Shown one piece after another: positions 12,230-25,846 of a DNA stretch of 64,000 nucleotides (position 1 is the first letter of the stretch; each line of letters begins with the position of its first letter). The notes beneath the pieces were generated by a model, which saw only the letters and a program-made list of their open reading frames with translations, did no database searches and had not been told where the DNA came from. The position numbers and the translations under genes were made by a program. This DNA comes from Chiloscyllium plagiosum (taxonomy: Eukaryota): the NCBI RefSeq assembly GCF_004010195.1, contig NC_057719.1, positions 52,642,926 to 52,706,925 of the forward strand, given 5' to 3'.

Positions 12230-13700
12230 ATGAGGCAGTCGCTCGGTTGTGAGATACCAGTAAGACAGCAACCCCCACATAACAATGACAACCCATTTGT
12301 GTACAGGGTGTTAACTCAAAAAGAATGACTCTATGCTCAGACCAAGAAAGAGTCCCTAGTCATTTATTTCATCAATGCCTACTTTGAAGAAACAAAGGGC
12401 CAACTGAGTCTGACCACCTCAAAGCATTTTCTTCCAGTTATTTCTCTCTATTCCAAAGCTTCTTCAAAGAATTTGACTCCATTGATGGAGTCGCTGTCTG
12501 GTTGGACATCCGAGTGTGTTAAGCACATGTGTATTGCTGACAATCTGCCAAAAGCAGCACTCCCAATGAAGAAAGTAAAGGATTCCATGACAGTGTGTGA
12601 AATCTTTGAGTTTCATTGAGAAGTTGCAACTTGTCATGTCTGGAAAGCATGAATCCAGCAGAGACATTGAATGTAATAGATAAGCTCCTGGCTCAAATGA
12701 TCAAATTACCGAACATAATGTAACTCTCCAATTATTGCAAAAAGCAATGTTTAAAAGTTGGTTTGCAAACTTCAAGGGCACATTGGTTTTAATAAGAGCA
12801 ATTGGGCAATACAGAGATAAATTGATGGCCCATGATGTCATAACGAAATTGAGTCATTACTCCAAGGATTTGTGACAAGAGTTGTTAGCATGCATCATGC
12901 AAGCCCCCAAGCAATTGGGTCAAGTGTAAAGACAGCAAAGGATGTTCTCTAATGGCCAGTATGAGTAACAAAATCAAGGACAACATCAGTCAGTGTAGTG
13001 CTTGTAATGGGTACCAAGCAAAGCAAGTTAGAGAGCTGTTGATGACAAATGGCAGCCTAGTCAAACCACGGATGATACTGGACAGGCATAATCCGAGGAG
13101 CAGTAGAGTGGATGTTTCAAGCATCAGCTCTTCATCAGGAATGTTGAATTCCCAATGAAGAGCTTATCTTCAAAATGTTGACTCTCCTGCTCCTCGGATG
13201 CTACCTGACTGACTGTGTTTTTCCAGCACCACACTTTTTGACTCTGATCTCCAGCATCTCAGTCCTCACTTTATCCTAAAGTTATTTGATCAAAGCTGAT
13301 AAACCACGATTAGAGTTGAGCTTTGGAGATCTAGTCAAGGGATAAACATTCAATGCTGTGGACGAAAGTCAGCCCAAGTGGTAACTTGTGACCCACATAG
13401 AACAGTTGTTACCTCAAACCTACATAGTGATTTGGAATGACCAGATATGCCATCACAATAGCAGGCACATTCACACAAGTGAAGAAGATACTCCGCAACT
13501 GTAGGCAGCAGATCAGAAAAATATTAAGTCATTACCTGCACAGTCTACAGATCAACCATAAGATCCAGAGGTCCACAGCAATGCAACAAAGAAATGCAAC
13601 AACAAGAAGGACTGGAGAAACAACACAAGATACAGGAGCTCCATTTCCCGGTGAAGGAATATCACCCAAATGAGCAGCCACCAATGACCCATGCTCATCT
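12230..13700 (+). mobile_element. Degraded canonical-order Gypsy pol (RNase H then integrase)
   Basis: VLTQKE*LYAQTKKESLVI and MCIADNLPKA (RH), followed by the WPSMSNKIKDNISQCSAC zinc-binding region. The 3' limit is approximate. Confidence 0.6.
13078..13277. mobile_element. Palindromic Penelope pLTR insertion within the Gypsy remnant
   Basis: ATCCGAGGAGCAG...TCTTCATCAGGAAT mirrored by ATGAAGAGCTTATC...CTCCTGCTCCTCGGAT...CAGTCCTCACTTT. Confidence 0.75.
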
Positions 13701-15289
13701 CATTAAGAGACTGGTATGATTTGAAGGTTATGTCTACAATGCAAATGCAGATGACAAGAATAACAAGCTAAGGCATGAGAACAGTAGCGTATGTATTAGG
13801 TAACATGGGTAGGTCAAAATGTATATGACAGTGTGTGCATTTTCTTGAGAGGGGAGAGGTTTTTGATTAAATTGCAATCATATACAATTGTATGTCCGTG
13901 TCTGTCATTGGTCCATGAACTCTACGGTGAAGCACACACACTGCAAGCAACCATCATATTGACACTTCAATAAAACAAAACCTGCTATCTGTTGTGCTCA
14001 AAGCCACACTTTGGCTACATTCCTTCAGCCTCTGTTACTCACAATCCAGTCAGTCACTTAAAAATCCTTATTGAATATGGAAAGAGTATCTTTTAGAACC
14101 ATGTACTAAAACTGCATCTTATTGGAATGCTGACACAATGGAAGTTAAGTCTTAAGCTATGTTACTGTTCTCAGCAATTGATATTCTATGAGAGGTCTGT
14201 ATGTACTGAAGCAACAAAGTTAATTTAAAATTCTGAATGAAAGAACGTGAAGACATGCATCATAGGTTATCCACTAAATATTGATTTCCATTTCCCTTGT
14301 GATATGTAACAATTCAGTCCTACAGGGCTGAAATGCAAAGCTGAGACATTTTGAAGGAAATCAAGCATAGATTTTTTAATGTAAAATTGTGTTTATTTTC
14401 CAAGTTTGATTGAATAAACTACCACATTCCTAATGACTTTTTAATAGTTTCTTTTAGAAAAAATATATCCTCGTTAAAGAAGTTGACTAATAGAATTGAG
14501 ATACAATCATGGCATGTTACTGCTGAAATTTATTCCCACTGGTAAGAGTGACTGTGCATATCAAAGTGAGAAAATCTAATTATACTGTACATTGAAAAGG
14601 CCACATTTCTAAACTACTGAATTTGAGATCAAAGTCCTTTAGTTAAATATGTATGTAAATATGTGTTCAAAGCCTAAAGAGTGCTGTCAATGTAGCACAA
14701 TATAAGTTCAAAACACAAATAGAAGTTATTTCCGTATTATTTTCATCTTGTAAGTTTAAATTACACTTGCAGCAATATAATCTGCAAATTGCTGTATTTA
14801 TAACTTGTGCTAAAATCCAAATTATACCTTAATGTATTTTGTATAATTCCATGACTTGCATATTACTGAATTTTGCACTCTGAAATGGAATTACTCTGAC
14901 ACAGTTCCCCACTGATGTTAATATTTTATGAACTAATTTGGAAGAGATAATAAGCCATCTTCTGTACGATAATCTATATCACCAGAAACAGGATGAAAGA
15001 AGTTACTTAAATTATTGTATCAAAAGTTCTTTAAGGGTATAATTTTCAGAAAGGCCAAATAGCTCCTGTCGCATGAAATTAACACCCTCAGGATCTGAAA
15101 ATAAAGCGCTGGATTGTTCATAAATACACACTCAGCTGTATCTTATGGTAGAAGTCACCCACAAACTTTCTGGTCAGTGCTAAAGGTTACTTTAACTGCT
15201 GGGTCTCATTTGAATCATTTAGATTTGCCTTCCACCCAAAACTGGTGGGAGTAATGTCATTGCTGATGGGAATTGTGAGACATTAGCAG

Positions 15290-17032
15290 CAATCCAGAGT
15301 GAGGATGAGATTAGGTCTATAGGGAGAGACGATACAGAATCTGAGGAATAAAATGTTGAATCCATTTGGGTGGAGATCAAGAATAGTAAGGGGAAGAAGT
15401 CATTGGTGGGAGTAGCCTATCAGTCACCCAATAATAATGCTATAGTGGCACAAGTATCTGACACGTCTCAGAATAAAACAACAGTAGTCATGGGGGACTA
15501 TCACATGCATATTGATTGGCTGAATCACGTCAGTAGAGATAGTCGTGAAGAAGAGGTCATAGAGTTTATCGTGATGACTTTCTTGAACAGCATGTTACCG
15601 AACCTACAAGGGAGCTCGCAGTCTTAGATCTGGTCCGGTGCAATGAAACAGGTAAAATCTCATAGTTAAAGTTCCTCTCGGAAAGAGTGACCACAGGATT
15701 ACCAAATTTTGGATACAAATGGAGGGTGAAATTGTATCATTTAAAACCAGGGTGTTATGCTTAAACAAGGGAGACTATGATGGGATGAGGATGAAGTTGG
15801 CTAAATTAGACTGGGAACATCAGTTACATGGTGGAATAGTTGAGGAACAGCGGAGGACTTTCACAGAGATTTTTCACAGTGCTCAAGAAAAGTATATTCC
15901 AGTCAAAAACAAGGATAGCAAGGGTAGGAAGAGCCAGCCCTGGGCAACCAAGGAAATAAAGGAAGACATCCAATTAAAAGCTCAGGATTACAAAGTAGCC
16001 AAGAGTGGTGGAAAACAGGATGATCGGGAAAACTTTAAAAAGCAACAAAGAATGATGAAGTAAGCAATTAAAAAAAGGAAAGATAGATTATGAATGCAAA
16101 CTAGCTTAGAATATAAAAACAGGTAGGAAACATTTTTTATAAATATACAAAATGGAAAAGTATAGTTAAAATGGATGTAGGTCCCTTGCAGAATGAGAAA
16201 GGGGAATTAATATTGGGTAATGCTGAAATGGCCAAGGCCTTAAATAACTATTTTGTATCAGTCTTCTAGTGGAAGATGTGCCTCACATACCAAAGAATGA
16301 TGTTAAGGATATGATGGGAGGTGAGGACCTCAATTCAATTGTTATCGCTAAAGGGGCAGTGTTGAGCAAATGGGAGGGTATAAAGGTAGATAAGTCCCAT
16401 GGTCCTGATGGAATGTCCCAGGGTGCTGAAAGAAATGGCAGATGTTTTAGTAGATATGTTCGTGGTAATTTACCAACATTCACTGGCCTCCGGCAGGTCT
16501 TGACATATTGGAAGTTGGTGAATGTTATGTCGCTGTTTAAAAAATGGGCGAAGACAAAAGGCAAATAACTATAGGTCAGTTACCTTAACATCTGTAGTCA
16601 GGAAAATACTGGAGGCTATCATTAAAGAAGAAATAGTGAGACATCTGCATGGAAAGGTTTCTATCAGGCAGATGCAGCATGGATTCAGGAAAGGAAGGTC
16701 GTGTTTGACAAACGTACCGAGACTAGGACTAGGGGACATGGCTTCAAGATTAGGATGAGTAGATTCAGGACAGATGAGGAGGAACTGCTTTTCCCAGAGA
16801 GTAGTGAATCTATGGAATTATCTGCCCAAGGAAGCAGTAAAGGCAGCTTCATTAAATATATTCAAGATACAGTTGGATGGGTTTTGCATGGTGGGAGAAT
16901 TAAGGGTTATGGGGATAATGCAGGAGGAGGAGCTGAGATAATGGATAGATCAGCCATGATCTTAATGAATGATGGAGCGGGCTTGATGGGCCAAATGGTC
17001 TACTCATGTTTCTATTACTATGAAACTATGAA
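15290..17032 (+). mobile_element. CR1 LINE ORF2 remnant (APE to RT N-terminus) with internal deletion to the 3' end
   Basis: ESIWVEIKN..LVGVAY..P, VVMGD, LGKSDH, KSHGPDGM, NYRSVTLTSVV, QHGFRKGRSCLTN, then directly TRTRGHGFKI. Tail (ACTATGAA)n. Confidence 0.9.
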
Positions 17033-18409
17033 TAATGGCTCATCGCAACTGATTATAGCTGGTGGGTTTTGCTGAGGGGGCTCAACAAGGACAGATATGG
17101 CATGTGTTTTCTTTATCAACCTAGGAGAGGCACTCTTCTTCTTTCTGGATGCAATAAACATTGTGTGCAACAAATGTGCCTTCACTTTATGCTTGATTTC
17201 AAAGCAAGATTAACAGATATAAGAGAGAATGGCAACAAAACCAACAAATTTCTGATATACGTGATCTTCTTACCCTCTTGATTCATGCTCCTTTATTTTT
17301 GTGTTTATTGTTGCATTATTTCCTACATTTTCTTCTGATGGATTTAATTACATGTCTCAGCCATTCAATTACGAAATCTGTGCTGTTGTTAGTTGTTAAA
17401 CTGTTAGGAAACTCCTTTTTTAGCACGGGTACATGGTGATGGTGCTATGACAGGCAGGTTGAAAGTGCTGCATTGAAAGTTGGTGACACATTCTTCTGTA
17501 TGTCGTCCAGTAAATGTCCTGCCAGTAATGTAGAGTGCCTTGCATCTTGAGAGGATGATAGCTGTTAATGTCTTTATCCAGGTGAGAATCATTTCTTTGC
17601 AGTTGTTTTCATAAGCATAACCTTCAAAATCACACGCATTACTGGAAGGAAAATATATAAAGGTAAAATAATACATCATCCAGGTTTCATGCAAAGCATT
17701 GTGCTTTTGGATCCTATCATCAAATTTTGACTAAATAAACAATTCTAAAATGCTTTTAAATATTAGCTAAACAGGATAAATGGGGTTGGGTAATTCTCCT
17801 GCATCTTGAATCTTTGTGAAAACCTTTTCAAGTCAGAAACGTCACAGAATTCAGATGCAGTAAAGCCTATTAGTTGCCCAAGAAATGTTAGAAAAGAATA
17901 AAAATCTACCCCGGGTGACTATTAAACTGACTCTCCTCAACTTAACACCAACCCCACCTCCTGCCACTATCTCCCAACCCTTCACAACTTCCAGCCTTCT
18001 GACCATCACAGCACAGCCAAAGCCTGACCAGATTCCACTCCCTGACTTGACCACTTTAAATCCAACCGCATTCCACTGACCAGACAATGTCCAATAGCTT
18101 CCCACACCCTGAATCCCTCAAATTCCTGGCCTAAGCTGACATTTTCCCATCATTACCTGTACAGGTAGTTCTCCTATAACACTGTAGCTGCATTCCAGTC
18201 AAACCTCGCTGAAGAGAAAATCGTTCAATAGAATTCTATGACTCTAAATAATGGGGCCCATGGGAAAGGCAGGGTTAGGGGCAGACCAGCAAAATATATC
18301 ACTCACGATCACTCAAAAATCACCCAAAAGTCTAATGCAAGTATAGCACAGTCTGAATGAAGGCTGAAGTCATATTTATTAATGAAACAAAAGTACATTT
18401 AACACAGTA

Positions 18410-19068
18410 CTGAGGAACCTCAATTATCCGAATGAGATGGGTGGGCAGTATTTCATTCAGATGATTGATTACTCGGATAAACAATTTTAACCTTAAACAA
18501 GGGAAGCCACACTGATCAAATGCTGTGCTCTACATGAGAATTTGTTTAAATCTATAAGGTTAACGAATCTGTTATTTAAACATACTAATCTTTGCATTCT
18601 ACAAATTACAGGTTAAACTGAGATGGACTAAACCCTTACCATCACATGAGCATTGTATATGAAATCCCAGCATTAAATAGGGTCCCAAACAGCTTCTACA
18701 ATCACAAGAGCATTTGTCAGTTTCTGTGAACTCAGTATCATGATAGAAAGACCGGAGCATCACCTTGCACATGCATTTACTTTCTTGACCCTTTTCTTTC
18801 ATGAACGTCCCGGTAAAGTGATGGGAATACTGTAAAACACCTAACTTTTGCAAAGGGTTGTGTAACTAACCCTTACCTAAAAAATATCCAGTTGCTGATG
18901 CTTGAGGCTTGTGTTTCTTTGTTTTTGCCAGCATTTTCACATGTTCTTCAGTACAGGTAATCCGAATACACTTACCTCTTTGATGTAATGTTTTTGCAGG
19001 ACCTTGAGATCTTCTTCGCATAATCCGAAATTCGGATAATTGATATGCAGCTAATCGAGGTTACACTG
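18410..19068. mobile_element. Tigger/pogo-like non-autonomous DNA transposon, same family as 11707
   Basis: TIRs CTGAGGAACCTCAATTATCCG and CAGCTAATCGAGGTTACACTG, TA flanks, subterminal CCGAAATTCGGATAAT as in the 11707 copy. Confidence 0.75.
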
Positions 19069-20011
19069 TACACTTAAAAAAAACCCGGCAGCTGCTCTCT
19101 GTGCAGTACCTCTCATAGAAAGCTGCTGTGTCGTCAACTGACATCGCACATGAGCAGAAGCGTGGACATTAGTGCATCAGCAGAGCGAAGTTTGCGAACC
19201 AATTCTCACTTGAATCACACTATTGCCAGTGGAGGTAAGTGTTCTCCAAAATACTGTTCCCTAATTCTTCAACACTGTTATAGCCAAATGGTGCTGCTGA
19301 AACATCCGTTATCTCAGAACTACCTGTACCAGAACCAACACCACCCCCACAACTGTCCTCGATTCACTCTCCATACAAGCATCCTCTCCCTATCCTCAGG
19401 GAGGCCCAAAACCCTCGCCCTAAACTGAACCCCTCCACCAAAATCCACTTCCCACCGACTAGACATGACATCTCTCCCCACCCTATTGCTACCCAGCTCC
19501 CCTCAACTCCTGTTCAACCCAAAACACTTGTTCACTTACCTGGCATTATATTCAAGTAGCAACTTGCTGAACTCCCAGCACACTGCCCACTGAACCTTCT
19601 TGCATGCTCTCCTCCACACCCACTTTCACACTCCCCTCCTTCACACCTACCTGGCACACTAATCCACTCTGCCAACCAGCTGCCACCTGAACTCCACATT
19701 TACCTCAATCACCTACCCTTTCACAGGAGCTCTCCAAGTCACTGGCTGGGCTGCTGGACACTTAAGTCACTAAACATGGAACTTTGACTATCCTTTCTGC
19801 AATGACTTTCTCCATTGCTGGAATTATGGATTCCTGAAAAGATTCTTAACAGGACATCCATGTACACCATTCTCCAAAACAGAGGCACCTAAAGGTAAGT
19901 AGCTAATTTTTAATCTAGTCAGGATTGGATATAAAGATTCTGATCCTGATGACAATATTTAGGTCATTACTTGGAAGGATTAGCATTGCCCTACTTTCTC
20001 AGATGATATAC

Positions 20012-20612
20012 AGTCATAGAGCTATACAGCATGGAAACAGATTTTTTGGCCCAACATTGTCCATGCTGACCAGATATCCTAAATTAACCTAGTTCCATTT
20101 CCCAGGACTTGGCCCATATCTGTCTAAACCCTTCCTATTCATATACTCATCCAAATATCTTTTAAATGATGTAATTGTACCAGCCTCCACCACCTCCTAT
20201 GCAGCTTATTCCATACATGCACCACCATCTGTGTGAAAATGTTGCCCTTAGATCCCTTTTATATCTTTCCCCTCTCAGCTTAAACCTATGCCTTTTGGTT
20301 TTGGATTCCCCTGCCCTTTGGAAAAGATCTTTACTATTCGCCTTACCTTTGCTCCTCATGACTTTATAAACCTATAGAAGGTTTCTCCTCATCTCCAACA
20401 CTCCACGGAAGATAACCCCAGCCTATTCAGCCTCTCCCTACAGCTGAAGCCCTCCAACCTTGGCAACATCCTTGTAAATCTTTTTTGAACCCTTTCAAGT
20501 TTCACAAGATCCTTCCTATAGCAGGGAGACCCGATTTGAATGCAGTATTCCAAAAGTGGAGATACTAATGTCTCGTACAACCACAATATGACCTTCCAAT
20601 CCCTCAGTATGT
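20012..20612 (-). mobile_element. CR1/HER1 LINE 3' end
   Basis: LYETLVSPLLEYCIQ...LERVQKRFTRMLP, TKRHRFK, and an AGTCATAGAG tail. Confidence 0.9.
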
Positions 20613-20849
20613 ATTCTAAACTTTGTCAAGAAAATAATATTTGCTAAGAAATACAGACAATTCAGAATATTATCACAACATCCCCTTTTCCTTAAATACA
20701 TTTCCATATAGTTTAATGGATCAATGTACAAGAATGGATATCCCTCATGGGACAGAAAAAAATGACAATTGTAACGCTATTTACCATCAGGTTTTCAACT
20801 TGTAACAATAATACTTAGAATAATTATTTTCAGGTTTGCCTGCATTTAT

Positions 20850-21355
20850 AAAGTCATTGAGTCACACAGCATGGAAACAGAGCTTTCAGTTCAATTCATC
20901 CATACCAGCGAGATTTCCCAAACAAAACTAATTCCATTTGTCTGCATTTGTCCCCATATCTCTCTAAAACTTCTCCCATTCATGTACCTGTCCAAATATC
21001 TTTAAATGTCATAACTGTCTTGCATCTACCAGTTCCTTGGGCAGTTCATTCCACATACTGTGTGATAAGTTTCCACTCAGGTTCCTGTTAAATCTTTCTC
21101 CTCAACTCAAGTTATGCTCTTTAGTTTTGAACTCCCCTACCCTAAGGAAAAGAACTTTGCCATTCACTTTATCCATGCTCCTTATGATTTTATAACCTGC
21201 TACAAGGTCACCCCTCAACCACCTACATTCCAAGAAAAAGATCCCAGCCTACCCAACCTCTACTTATAAGTCAAACCCTCCAGTCCCAGTAACATCCTTG
21301 TAACTCTTTTCTGCACCCTTTCCAATTACATAATATCCTTCGTACAGCAGGCTGA
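20850..21355 (-). mobile_element. CR1/HER1 LINE 3' end (older)
   Basis: Colinear with 20012-20530 but more diverged. Confidence 0.8.
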
Positions 21356-22104
21356 CAAGTCTCAGATGCATTATTTTTGTTCAATAGTTCTAAGTGGAGT
21401 GAAAAAAAAGCAGAAATCCAAGTAAAATATTGAAAAATTTAGCACATGTCTCCCAAGTCAAATCATTGTCTTCATGAATATAAATTTCAGGTGAATTGTA
21501 TATGAATTGAAGGTCTGAAAAAGGCATCAGCTGAGATTGTTGGTAATTTTTTAACCACGTTGAAACAGAAAAGGTAAATTCAAACACAGAGATGAAAGTG
21601 TGCTAGATCACCTCATGTATCATGTTAGACTGTGAAGCACAAAAAAGATTTAGCTGAAGATATTTTACCATATAGTTTGATACCACTATATGAATTTGGC
21701 TTTCTCATAGACTGTCTGAGGAAAAAGCAAACTCAAGGACTGTCTTCAGGTTATACACAAAGGTAACATCTTTCTTACACATTGATGCAAAATATTTTGA
21801 TACATGCTAAGTGTAGATGTACCCCTGATTTTTAGCTTCACGAGATAATGACTAATCTGCCTTCATCATTTTTCAAGTCAATGCACTCTCATTGTGTCTT
21901 CTTGAAAGTGGAGAATTCTGCTATACAATAGTCTAATGTAGTTCCTCCAGAGTGATCTAACCCATTCATTTTGTGGTGTTTACTCAGTGATATGCATGGC
22001 AAGATAACTTCAAGATATTCATTCCCTTGCACCACAGGAAAGAGCAAGTTCACAATATCAGGTACCATAGGCACTCGTAGAGCACATGGAGACATTTCAT
22101 GTGC

Positions 22105-22200
22105 TCTTCAAGCTTCAGAACGCTGCTTCTTCGTCAGGTAGAACAGCATTCTGTAAGCTTGTGATTTTAAATAAACCTGTTGAACTATAACCTGGTGTCA
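22105..22200. mobile_element. Penelope-type pLTR fragment (second family), partly inverted
   Basis: Minus strand CTGACGA-A-GAAGC-AGC-GTTCT-GAAG-CTTG, then plus-strand AAGCTTGTG...AATAAACCTGTTGAACTATAACCTGGTGT. Confidence 0.55.
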
Positions 22201-23261
22201 AAAAAAAATAACAGTTAAGACAGTCTCCTCAAAATAAAGTTCTACCATGGAAGAATAACATATGGCCATCAAAAGCAATTTAACTCCAGAGGACTTAAGA
22301 ATTCACTGAATGGTATGAACCCAACATCATTATCGAATTGCTGCATTACCCATTGGTATTAGTATGTTAAGATAGATATTAATTGCTTGTACCTTTAGAA
22401 ATATATGCATGAGCTAATTGTGAAGTTTAGCAGGGAGAATATTTGTGGAACGCAGTTATCCGATTGCTTTAGAAAGTAATCCAAACTTTCATCTGCATCT
22501 TCACAAGTATTCCTCTGAGGTTTCTGAGATGCATCTTAATCCATCATAGCAAATTCTATCTCCATGTTTCAAGAACAGGCAGCAATTATTTGATAAGAGT
22601 GAACTGAAAATTGTCACCTGAATTTCACAGAGAAAAACATCTGCTGATTGTATCATGCGAGAGTAGTTAAAAGATCAGACATATCTGATATATTGATACA
22701 ATGCTTACCATGGTATAAACTCTCTGCAATTCTCCCATGATCTAGGTAAAACAAGGCACCGTGGATATATGTACACTGTTAAAGAAAAGATGTAATAAAT
22801 GTATTAGCAACATGAAAAACTTTGACAGCAGTTACTGGCAAATTGCTAATTTCTAAGTTTTCCTTCCTGTTTTCCCAGATGAATGCATGCCTGCTGATAT
22901 CTGAACGTCATTTGACAACAAAAAAAAGTTATTCCTTAGGAAAAATATTCCAACATCATTGGCTATTGTCACAATAGATTCCATCAATTTTAAATTATTT
23001 ATGAAGTTTGCTGAATCAATATTTTGTAAACAAGAACAAATAATTTTGAACCAAACTAATGTATAGCAGATAAATTTAAATGATCATTTTAAAATTAAAG
23101 ATCACAACAAAGGCATTTTATGTTTATGGGGATGGAATGCCCAGTCCTTTTCTTTCCCGTGCCTGATTTAAGTTTGAGGTTTGGATTTCCCCAATTTTCT
23201 TCCTCAAAATATTAATTTGATAATATGTTCAAACAGGAAGATTTTTAGGCAAAAACAGCAT

Positions 23262-23335
23262 GGTGGATGTTGGAAATCTGAAACAAAACCTGAAAATACG
23301 GGGAACACTCAGCAGGTCTGGCAGGATCTGTGAAT
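23262..23335 (-). mobile_element. Penelope pLTR fragment
   Basis: GATGTTGGAAATCTGAAACAAAA...ACTCAGCAGGTCTGGCAG is approximately the reverse complement of 10480-10545. Confidence 0.55.
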
Positions 23336-24625
23336 AGGATATTTCTGTTCTACTATCTTTCACCAGAATTGATATTTGTTTAATTTATCTGAGTTGGTTT
23401 TAATTGCTGTGATAGGAATGCAACAGAGATTGGTCACAGAATAACCAGTCAATGTTTTACAAAAATCTTTATTGATAAGTATTTCTGTTCACGTCAAGGA
23501 AATATGACTGATATACTATGGCATAATTTAAAACATCAATTTCTTGGTTGTTGTTCAAAGCACACATCTCTGCTACATGATTGCAGTTAAAAGTTCACCA
23601 AATGACAAACCTGATTTATTCATTCAAAGTTTTGTTCCTTTCCGAAATTATTTTCCTTAACATTCAATACTTAATGGACTGAATATATGTTCTACTTTTT
23701 AAATATTGTGGTATTTCTCAATCTTACTAACTATTAGATTTATCCTGTATATTACTTTTCAACATTTTTGCAAGGACAGGAGAAGATTATGTCTTCCCAT
23801 GAGTGTTTAGCGACTGATTTATTTTGTTTAGGACTTAGTAAATGATGTATGAGTAGTCAATTTTGCTTGATTTGAATTCAGTTTGCTTATGGAAAAGCTA
23901 CATCCGCCGATGAACACAAGACAAATGATAGATGGGAAAAACTACAAACAGCAAAACGATAACTGCTGTCATGAAGCACATGGAGGATAGTTTCAGTTCA
24001 TGACTGACCATTAGGAGAATCAACCCTGAAAGGTAGTGAAGAGGGGACAATTCAAATATGTTCAGTGTAGTAATAATACAGAAATAATAGATACAAAACA
24101 CGATTTCAAATTTAATTGTGATAGCGCAGGAACACACAGGTTTAAACTAACATAGTAAAGCATTTTTGTTGTTGGCAGCAACTCCTCCTTCTCAGAACAC
24201 TGCTCAACACTTGCACTGAATGTCTGAACAGGTCAAACCATGGAAGGAACTGTGATGGGAAGCTTATAAGAAATTGTAAGTTCTCTATTTTAAATCAATG
24301 ATTTTATGATATTTTACATCAAGTCTTGCCAAGACATAAAACCAGTGAGAATCAATGTTAACAGAATATGGTTGAATGTTCTTACACATTTTCTGTACCT
24401 GGTCAGCACTATAATCAGTTGGAGTTTGACCAGCCAAAGGCATTGGCAGTGGAGAGATTAACAGAAGCGGTGGTGGGTGAGTTGATTAATTGTTTAAAAA
24501 GTTAATATCAATTACATTTTCAATGAAGTTAGCAAACCAGATAAATAACCATATTCTATTAAAGCCAGACTTAAGCACAATTTATTATCTTGGTCATTCT
24601 GCTTGATGCTTGTTTAAACCAATAG

Positions 24626-25385
24626 TGTTATGACACAGTGGTGAACCCCTCTGCTAATTAAACCAAACACCCAGAAAAGCTTACCTCACCTTGTACTCTG
24701 TTAAAGTATGAGTGACAGAAAACTTTCAAATTCCACTATTTAAAGAAAAAATATAAATTTATTCTTTAACTCTGAAAGCTAACATTAAACAACTATTTAC
24801 AACTCAAAGCCTCCTTTCTCCCAACTGCTTGTTATCTGCCTCTAACTTTATAACAATATACTGTTCCCGTAAATGCCCCTATTAAAATTACATCAACTTA
24901 ACTTTAAAACCCTACAGTGGCTGTCGTTTCTGGTGTCTGTCTTCCTCTGGCTATAGATCTCCTTTTTGCTGCAAAGATGTTTCATATGTAAAGGTATCTT
25001 TGATAGAGAGTGTTTTGCTAGCAGGTACTCTAACAATGGCAATTGGTCACTCTCTCTGGCTAATTCTCAAAATGGCAGCTTCTTTATACCCCAAACATTG
25101 GATTGTCTCATTGGTTCAGTGTCGTCAAAGCAGTTAAATTCAAATTTGATTGGGTTTTAGTATCCTGGGGATTAATTTAAACTGATTGGTTAAACTTGAA
25201 CAGTTGTGAAAATATAGCAACCAAAAGTCAGATATTTGTTTCACAGCCAAATGTTATATATTTTTAATTTTCCAGTGCACTCTGACATTGCTAGTCAGTC
25301 ATATGACAGATGCTGGCAAGCTCTCAGTGCAAAAGTGGCTTCACTCTTTCTTAAAGGTACAATACACCCCTTCAACTTCATAACA
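24626..25385 (-). repeat. 3' LTR of Gmr1-like element 1
   Basis: TGTTATGA...TCATAACA termini; direct repeat of 29324-30091. Confidence 0.92.
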
Positions 25386-25544
25386 CCTCCCCCCTTAAGA
25401 AAGAAATTGAGCTATCATAATGAAAAGATGACTTCAGTTTATTTTTCTAGTTCTTAACCCCATTACAATGAAATACCGTAACATTGGCACCTGTTCAATC
25501 TTATCAATACTTTATCAGTTAAATCCATGTTAACACATCTGCTA

Positions 25545-25846
25545 CATGGGGTGGCATGGTGGCTCAGTGGTTTGCACTGCTGCCTCACAGTACCAGGACC
25601 CTGGTTTGATTCCTGCCTTGGGTGACTACCTGTGTGGAGTTTGCACATTCTCCCTTTGTCTGCATGGGTTTCCTCTGGGTGCTCCGGTTTCATCCCAAAA
25701 TCCAAAGATGTGAATTGGCCATGCTAAATTGCCCCATAGAGTTAGATGCATTAGTCAGGGGTAAATAGGATAGGGGAATGGGTCTGGGTGGGTTACTCTT
25801 CAGAGATTATGGACTTGTTGGGCATACTGTATGGAATCTAATCTAA
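25545..25846 (+). mobile_element. HE1 V-SINE nested in LTR element 1
   Basis: GGCATGGTGGCTCAGTGG A-box head, V-domain, (ATCTA)n tail. Lies at the end of the RH region, before the PPT. Confidence 0.9.

Noticed and set aside
19860..24280. Isolated splice-donor-like motifs (AAGGTAAGT ~19892, TTGTAAGT ~24275)
   Set aside because: No matching acceptor with a recognisable reading frame; such motifs are expected by chance.
25545..25620. tRNA gene
   Set aside because: It is a SINE head: no full cloverleaf, and it continues into the V-domain.
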